Assembly (NCBI GenBank): GCA_038046605.1
Contig: JBBSVW010000009.1
Span: forward strand, 4,940 to 53,980
Reading direction: 5' to 3'
Length of the DNA: 49,041 nucleotides
Source: Candidatus Micrarchaeota archaeon
GTDB lineage: Archaea; Micrarchaeota; Micrarchaeia; Norongarragalinales; SBBD01
Shown: positions 43,763 to 49,041 of the stretch, piece after piece
How positions within the stretch are numbered: the stretch's first letter is position 1
Layout: the number at the start of each line of letters is the position of its first letter
Program-made: the position numbers and the translations under genes
Notes under the pieces: generated by a model
Told to the model about the DNA's origin: nothing
The model's input: only the letters and a program-made list of their open reading frames with translations
Database searches by the model: none

Positions 43763-45361
43763 TCAGATTTTCTTGCTCATGTAAACTCCCTCGAGCGCAT
43801 ACCCCTTCTTCTTGTAGTATTCCCGCACGCCAACTCCGGATATGATGAGCATCTTTTCCATGCCGTATTCCTCCTTTGCAATTTTCTCCGCTTCGGCTAG
43901 GAGCTGCGTGCCATACCCCTCGTGCTGGATCGGGTCGAATTTATCGGGAAGCTTTTTCCCAATTGGCATTTGGAGCCCGTAAACGTGCAGTTCACGGATG
44001 CCAGCGGTTTTCGCATCCATTTCGGGCATGAAGGAATCGGGGGAATTAATGCGAAGCCGGATAAAGCCCATGAGGGCATCGTTTGTTTTGTCCTCGAAGG
44101 AAAGGAAAATCTCTTTGCCATCAGAGGCATCATAGTTGCGCCGCACCAATTCAACCGCATCATAATCCACCTTGATTTTTTGCTTTAGCATCTTTATGCC
44201 TATTTCCCTGCAGCGGATGCATTTGCAAACAATCCCCTTTTTCTTGCAAATTTTAGCCACCATTTCCCGGAGGTTGCTCTTTTGCACCCCATCGGCGATG
44301 AGGTTTGTTGGGATGTCACGATTGACCCTCATGATGCGGCAGTATTCGGGAACGTGCCTTTTTGCCTCGGAAATGACTTCCGCTGCTTCCTCCGCATTAT
44401 ATGGCTTGTACTCCCCTTTTTTCCACATTGAATAAAGCTCGGTTCCGGGCATCACCAAGGTCGGATAAATTTTAAGCATATCCGGCTTGAAATCTGGATT
44501 GGAAAAAAGCTCCTTGAAATAACCAACATCCTGCTCGGGAGTGGCAAAAAGGCCGGGCATCATATGGTAGCATATCTTAAGGAGGGCGTCCTTGCATCTT
44601 TTTGTACCGTCAACTACTGCCTTTACATCATGTCCCCGTTTAGAAAGAACCATGATCCGGTCATCCAGGCTTTGAACGCCGAGCTCGATTCGGGTTGTGC
44701 CAAATTCCAGCAATTTTTTTATTTGCCCTTCCGCGCAGTAATCCGGGCGGGTTTCAATTGTTAGCCCAATGACGCGGTGTTTTGCCTTTTCATTTAGGGT
44801 TTTGGCCTCCTCAAGCGTGCCACTGACCTTTTCGTTGAATGCATCATATGCACCCTTGATGAAATTGTATTGGTAATTGTAGGGAAGCGCATTGATGGTT
44901 CCGCCCTGGATTATTAGCTCGTTTTTTTCGGCGGAATGCCCAATCAATCCAAATTGGCGAAGCCTTGCTTCCACCTGCCTATAGGAGCTAAATCCATTTT
45001 GCTCCGCGCGCCTTGCTGCAGGCTCCTTGCCAGTGTAAGCCTTTGGGGAGTTGAACTCCGGGCCTCCGGGGCAGTAGATGCATTTTCCGGGGCAGGGAAG
45101 GGGAGCGGTCATTATTGCAATGTTTGAAATGCCGGAAAGGGCGCGGATGTGCTTGATTTTGAGTGCTTTTCGCAATTCCGGCGTCATTTTTCCCTCGGAT
45201 TCAAGCTTTTCAAGGATTTGGGGGTTCTTCACAACCTGCGATTGCTTGTAGCGCTTTGCAAGGGAGTTTTTCAAAAGCAACAGTTCCTGCGAGGTAAGAT
45301 TGGGGTTTTCGGATATCTCCTCGTAAATTTCCGATATTATCTGGTCCGTTTTATCTTCCAT
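43763..45361 (-). CDS. elp3: Elp3 tRNA U34 carboxymethyltransferase (radical SAM plus KAT)
   Basis: CPGKCIYCPGG, GLTIETRPD, RIELGVQ, IRCREIG, IRELHVYG, QHEGYG and ISGVGVREYY motifs. Probable start MEDK at 45361. Confidence 0.95.
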   Translation of the reverse strand: MEDKTDQIISEIYEEISENPNLTSQELLLLKNSLAKRYKQSQVVKNPQILEKLESEGKMTPELRKALKIKHIRALSGISNIAIMTAPLPCPGKCIYCPGGPEFNSPKAYTGKEPAARRAEQNGFSSYRQVEARLRQFGLIGHSAEKNELIIQGGTINALPYNYQYNFIKGAYDAFNEKVSGTLEEAKTLNEKAKHRVIGLTIETRPDYCAEGQIKKLLEFGTTRIELGVQSLDDRIMVLSKRGHDVKAVVDGTKRCKDALLKICYHMMPGLFATPEQDVGYFKELFSNPDFKPDMLKIYPTLVMPGTELYSMWKKGEYKPYNAEEAAEVISEAKRHVPEYCRIMRVNRDIPTNLIADGVQKSNLREMVAKICKKKGIVCKCIRCREIGIKMLKQKIKVDYDAVELVRRNYDASDGKEIFLSFEDKTNDALMGFIRLRINSPDSFMPEMDAKTAGIRELHVYGLQMPIGKKLPDKFDPIQHEGYGTQLLAEAEKIAKEEYGMEKMLIISGVGVREYYKKKGYALEGVYMSKKI

Positions 45362-45487
45362 CTTCCCCCACCAAAACGCATATCCCACATTAGAGATTGG
45401 TTTTACCCTAAAAAAAGTACAAACCGTAAAAAAGTTATATTGGAAAAAGGAAAAAAAACCGGTCACTTCAAATCCGCCGCACGTTTT

Positions 45488-45838
45488 CTACTTCTCTTTT
45501 GGGTAAGTGACGATTCCCGCAAAGAGGAGCACAAGGCCTGCGATACCATCGATCAGTGCATTTGCCATATATCCACCGTTCATCGCGGCAATTGATTTGG
45601 ATAGAAGTTCCCTTGCATCCTTGGAGGCCTGCGCAATATCCGCATCGGATTGGCCGTAGCTTTTTGCAAGTTCCTCGTTTGCAATGATTTGCGCTTCCAG
45701 GGCGGGCTTTGTCGCCTCGTACTGCGCGCTATTGATTGTCATCTGGTTTAGCTGTGAAAGCGCTAGTGTTGCGAATGCGACCCCAAGCAAGAGCAGTGCG
45801 ATACTAATGGCCTTCATGTTCATGGATTTCACCTTCAA
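45488..45838 (-). CDS. Small two-TM membrane protein
   Basis: Hydrophobic N- and C-terminal segments flanking a helical loop. Confidence 0.65.
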   Translation of the reverse strand: MKVKSMNMKAISIALLLLGVAFATLALSQLNQMTINSAQYEATKPALEAQIIANEELAKSYGQSDADIAQASKDARELLSKSIAAMNGGYMANALIDGIAGLVLLFAGIVTYPKEK

Positions 45839-45890
45839 AATGATGTATTCTAATTCTTCCCCAGCTTTATTAAATATCCCAAATTCTTCA

Positions 45891-45962
45891 AGCCCCCGGC
45901 GAGATTTGAACTCGCGGCCTTCTGCTTACAAGGCAGACGCTCTACCGCTGAGCTACGGAGGC
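45891..45962 (-). tRNA. tRNA-Thr(UGU)
   Basis: GCCTCCGTAGCTCAGCGGTAGAGCGTCTGCCT-TGT-AAGCAGAAGGCCGCGAGTTCAAATCTCGCCGGGGGCT folds as a cloverleaf with no intron. Confidence 0.95.
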
Positions 45963-46126
45963 ACGGAAAAAGGATTTGGAATCAAAGATTTAAAAGAGGG
46001 GGTGACGATCCGACATCGGGAGGGTGCCAAACAACCTCGCGATGAGCAGGCTTAAAGCCTGCGAAAAGGGTAGGGGGAGCCATCCCCATAGGCTTGTCAC
46101 GTCTCTACCGCTGAGCTACGGAGGCA
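45940..46126 (+). mobile_element. Divergent hairpin element copy E bounded by a 24-bp duplication of the tRNA-Thr 5' end
   Basis: CTCTACCGCTGAGCTACGGAGGCA occurs at 45940-45963 and 46103-46126. The insert contains AGGGGGTGAC...GTAGGGGGAGCCATCCCCATAGGCTTGTCAC. Confidence 0.65.
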
Positions 46127-46217
46127 ACAATTGAGATAGGCATTTTGCCGTAAGATAATTAAAAAGCGATGTGAATCGGGAATAATATAGCCAAAATAGC
46201 ATCAATTGCCCAACCCA

Positions 46218-47000
46218 TTACAGATATTTCAATTTCGGGAACTCCCTAACGCCCCCTTTCGGATCAATAACAACCGGGATGAATTCTTCCAGGTCGCACT
46301 CGGAGAGGATTGGGGAGTGCAAATCATCCGAAAATGCGCCGGTTTTGGCATCGGTTCCGGAGGCAAGGGGCGAAATTGAGGGGAGGACGATGAGTTCCTT
46401 TCCCCGGAAAACCCCTTTGAGGAGGCACGAATACTTGTGGGGGATGTTGATTTCATCCAGGATTGTAACCGCCGGGTGCGCATGCCCAATCACAAGTGTG
46501 GAATAGGTTTTGAATTCAGGGATTGCCCCGTAATCCTCCAGCCGTTTGTGGCCGTGAATAAACAAGATTCCCTTCTCAAAAAAATAATCGTTTAATTTCA
46601 AATTCTGGTTTCTAAGTATTTTGGCAACGAAATTGTCGTGGTTGCCGCGGACAAGAATCAGCTCAACATTGCGCTTTTTCAAAAAATTCAGCAGTTCAAT
46701 GACCTCGCTCCACTCCTGCTGCATTGCCAATCCGAACTCATGCTTTAGGTCGCCGTTGATCAGGATGCGTTTTGCCTTTGTTTGCAAGAGCATGGATTCG
46801 ATGCGCTCAATAATGAGGGGAAACTGCCCAACTGGAACATCAATGCCCCTATTGTGCAAAACCGCCTCGTGGCCAAGCTGGAGATCGGAAATTGCAAGCA
46901 GGTTTAGATCGGAAAAATACGCGCCGCCCTCCTTCAAAATCCCTAGCTTAACGCTATTTTTTCTCGACTTCCTTAAGAAGTTTTTTAACTTTTTGAACAA
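46218..47000 (-). CDS. Calcineurin-like metallophosphoesterase (Lhr-associated type); start uncertain
   Basis: ISDLQLG, INGDLKH, RGNHD, IHGH and GHAHP motifs. Confidence 0.88.
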   Translation of the reverse strand: MFKKLKNFLRKSRKNSVKLGILKEGGAYFSDLNLLAISDLQLGHEAVLHNRGIDVPVGQFPLIIERIESMLLQTKAKRILINGDLKHEFGLAMQQEWSEVIELLNFLKKRNVELILVRGNHDNFVAKILRNQNLKLNDYFFEKGILFIHGHKRLEDYGAIPEFKTYSTLVIGHAHPAVTILDEINIPHKYSCLLKGVFRGKELIVLPSISPLASGTDAKTGAFSDDLHSPILSECDLEEFIPVVIDPKGGVREFPKLKYL

Positions 47001-47370
47001 TCAAATCCCTCAACTTCCGGTAAGATTCCATATTCCCAGGGATTGGCTCGGGGAGGCCCCAATCGGCAACAAATTTTTCGGTTGTTGGGCACTCCTCCTT
47101 GCAGCCCATGGTGAAAATCCGGAAGGCCTCATCCACCATTTCCTGCGTCAATTTTTTAGGGACCGGATTGATGGGATGCACATCGATTTCAGCTAGGGCG
47201 GCAAGGGCCATGGTGCTTACCTTTTCCCCTGGTTTGCTCCCTGCGCTCTTGGCATAAGATCGGCGGGATTTGGAGTTGTAGATGGCCTGCGCCATCTGGC
47301 TTCGCGCAGAATTATGCACGCATATGAAGAGGACGATTTTTTTTATGATTCGTTTCATGGAATAAACCAC
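46954..47370 (-). CDS. Low-molecular-weight PTP family / thioredoxin-dependent arsenate reductase-like protein
   Basis: LFICVHNSARSQMA P-loop, SAGS, TMGCKEECP and DWGLPEP motifs. Confidence 0.88.
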   Translation of the reverse strand: MVYSMKRIIKKIVLFICVHNSARSQMAQAIYNSKSRRSYAKSAGSKPGEKVSTMALAALAEIDVHPINPVPKKLTQEMVDEAFRIFTMGCKEECPTTEKFVADWGLPEPIPGNMESYRKLRDLIVQKVKKLLKEVEKK

Positions 47371-47450
47371 AGCTTTCGATTATTGATGGAATAATTCTGA
47401 TATCCCATAAATATATACCCAATTAATTCCTCAATTTCCAATCTACAATT

Positions 47451-49040
47451 TCACTTTAGCTTACCGATCCTTTGGAGTACAAGAGTATGAAGCCTCTCCA
47501 AAATCGCCTTCCGGTCGGTTAGCAGCACTACGTCTGAAATCCCCTGGGTGATCAATAATTGCGCAAAGGGGGAAGGCAGATCATAGGCGGGAAGAACTGT
47601 TACATTTATCTCCCCATCCTTTAGCATTTTTTGTATGCTGGCCGCATTCTTAAGGTCCATGTGGTCCTCCAGGATCTCACGGTAGGTTTCCTTGATGACA
47701 GGAAAGTTTGCAAGCCTTGTAGAAATCCCAAGCATGACATGGGCGCCCATCTGCTGCTTTCCTACCGAGCGCTTCCGCCCCATGTAATTGCGCAATATCA
47801 TGAGCGAGCGAACGGCAACATCGCGGAATTTCCGCTTGAGGGTTTCGGTTTGCTTTATTGCCTCCCTTGCCTCATCATCCAAATCAAGCTGCGCAAAGAC
47901 GAATACCTCCTTCTTGATTTCAACATTGACGGCGCGGCTGAGTGTGAGGACAAATCCGTTGTCATTGAAAGCAATCACAACGTTCCGGTTGATCTTGTGG
48001 GAGATTTTTGCCGCCAGCACTTTTGCCAAAACCTCGTTCACGCGCCTTCCAAAAAGCGAATGGAAAATGAAATGTCGCTTCCCTTCTGAGAAGTATTCCT
48101 CAATTAGGAGGTTTTTGTCAGAATGGAACGAGTTCACGCGAAGCAGGTTAAGGAAGCTTATTTGCTCCATGAAATATTTGTAAATTACTTCGGCAGCCTC
48201 GGGATTGCAATGGCAATTTTCCGAAATGAACAAAAGCGCCTCTTTTTTGCTTTTGTTCTTCATGACTTCCCCAAGCGTGCCTCTGAATTTTGAAACCGCA
48301 AGGGCCAAATCGAAGCTTATTGGGAGCATTTCGGAGAACCACTGCGGAATCGTAGGCTTTAAGCCATCCGCAAGCGAAACGTATGCCTGCATCCCCTTGG
48401 CATACTCGTATTGGTAGGTTTTTCCCCCCAAACCGAACCGATCCCCCATTCGAAGGCGCACGAGGAACACCACCTCAAAGTTTCCAATGTGGCGGGTGAT
48501 CGGGAGCAAATTGACGGAAACTGAAACCGAATCGGGAATAGTTCCGATGTTTGTCGAGTACAGAACGCGAAGCATGTTCCCGCGCTTGCCAAATTCCTGT
48601 AATTTCTCGTCATACCTGATTTTGCCATAAACGTGGTATTTTTCGAGGGAGGCAAAGGAGCCGGAAAGGTACAGGAGCACGTTCTTGAAGTCAAATTCTT
48701 CCAGATTCCTATAGCAATAACTTTGGCGGACAAGTTTCAGCGCATCGGAAAACCTCCAATCCCTCTGCACAGCCATCCCGATGACGTGCTGGGCGAGCAC
48801 ATCAAGGCAGTTTTGTGGGATCTGGACCTTGTCGATATGCCCTTTGTAGGCTTCCTGGAGCATTACGCCAAGTTCGACCAGGTCATCGCGGTCAGAGCCG
48901 ATCATCACGCTTTCGGAAATCTTGTAGATGTCATGGCCGCTTCTGCCTGTTCGCTGAAGGGCGCGCGAAACGCTTTTGGGCGAGCCGATCTGGATCACAA
49001 GATCGATATAGCCAATGTCGATCCCAAGTTCGAGGCTTGT
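47451..49040 (-). CDS. lhr: Lhr-family SF2 helicase, C-terminal part (5' end beyond the window)
   Basis: TSLELGIDIG (motif V), QRTGRSGH (motif VI), LDVLAQH, NIGTIPD and PSPFA motifs. Confidence 0.92.
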   Translation of the reverse strand, partial: TSLELGIDIGYIDLVIQIGSPKSVSRALQRTGRSGHDIYKISESVMIGSDRDDLVELGVMLQEAYKGHIDKVQIPQNCLDVLAQHVIGMAVQRDWRFSDALKLVRQSYCYRNLEEFDFKNVLLYLSGSFASLEKYHVYGKIRYDEKLQEFGKRGNMLRVLYSTNIGTIPDSVSVSVNLLPITRHIGNFEVVFLVRLRMGDRFGLGGKTYQYEYAKGMQAYVSLADGLKPTIPQWFSEMLPISFDLALAVSKFRGTLGEVMKNKSKKEALLFISENCHCNPEAAEVIYKYFMEQISFLNLLRVNSFHSDKNLLIEEYFSEGKRHFIFHSLFGRRVNEVLAKVLAAKISHKINRNVVIAFNDNGFVLTLSRAVNVEIKKEVFVFAQLDLDDEAREAIKQTETLKRKFRDVAVRSLMILRNYMGRKRSVGKQQMGAHVMLGISTRLANFPVIKETYREILEDHMDLKNAASIQKMLKDGEINVTVLPAYDLPSPFAQLLITQGISDVVLLTDRKAILERLHTLVLQRIGKLK

Positions 49041-49041
49041 T

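Noticed and set aside
46103-46126. Split (trans-spliced) tRNA half, or exon 1 of an intron-containing tRNA-Thr
   Set aside because: A complete intron-less copy lies 139 bp away, and the sequence after the insert restarts at tRNA position 1 instead of continuing at position 24.
48430-48520. Unusual residues in Lhr (NFEVVFLVRLRMGDRFG) suggesting decay
   Set aside because: The frame is intact. Divergence or low-coverage base errors cannot be distinguished from the sequence alone.

Overview
This is an archaeal chromosomal segment; a DPANN/Micrarchaeota-like origin is inferred from the rpl1-rpl10-rpl12 cluster, Elp3, Lhr with its metallophosphoesterase, BHB tRNA introns and class III signal peptide. 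Housekeeping genes include ppsA, a divergent purD, a Lon-type S16 protease domain, two TA-like pairs, tRNA-Ile(GAU) and tRNA-Thr(UGU). Three large surface proteins are present: a pilin-like Cys-rich/beta-helix protein, an M6 metalloprotease with about 11 PEGA repeats, and a 5299-aa adhesin-like protein fused through one TM helix to a HerA/VirB4-like ATPase. Mobile DNA comprises an IS200-type tnpA element and a free-standing LAGLIDADG ORF. Highlight 1: a dispersed ~70-bp imperfect-hairpin element with compensatory base changes, found at gene and tRNA ends and three times bounded by exact 19-24 bp target duplications that leave the target intact. Highlight 2: a tRNA-Ile with a cryptic 3/4 acceptor-stem intron whose BHB motif is built from the 5' leader, overprinted by the LAGLIDADG ORF. 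Highlight 3: the giant adhesin-ATPase and coiled-coil operon. Highlight 4: a small protein with a P-stalk-like tail, while L10 has lost its own. All calls come from reading the sequence only; no searches were run.
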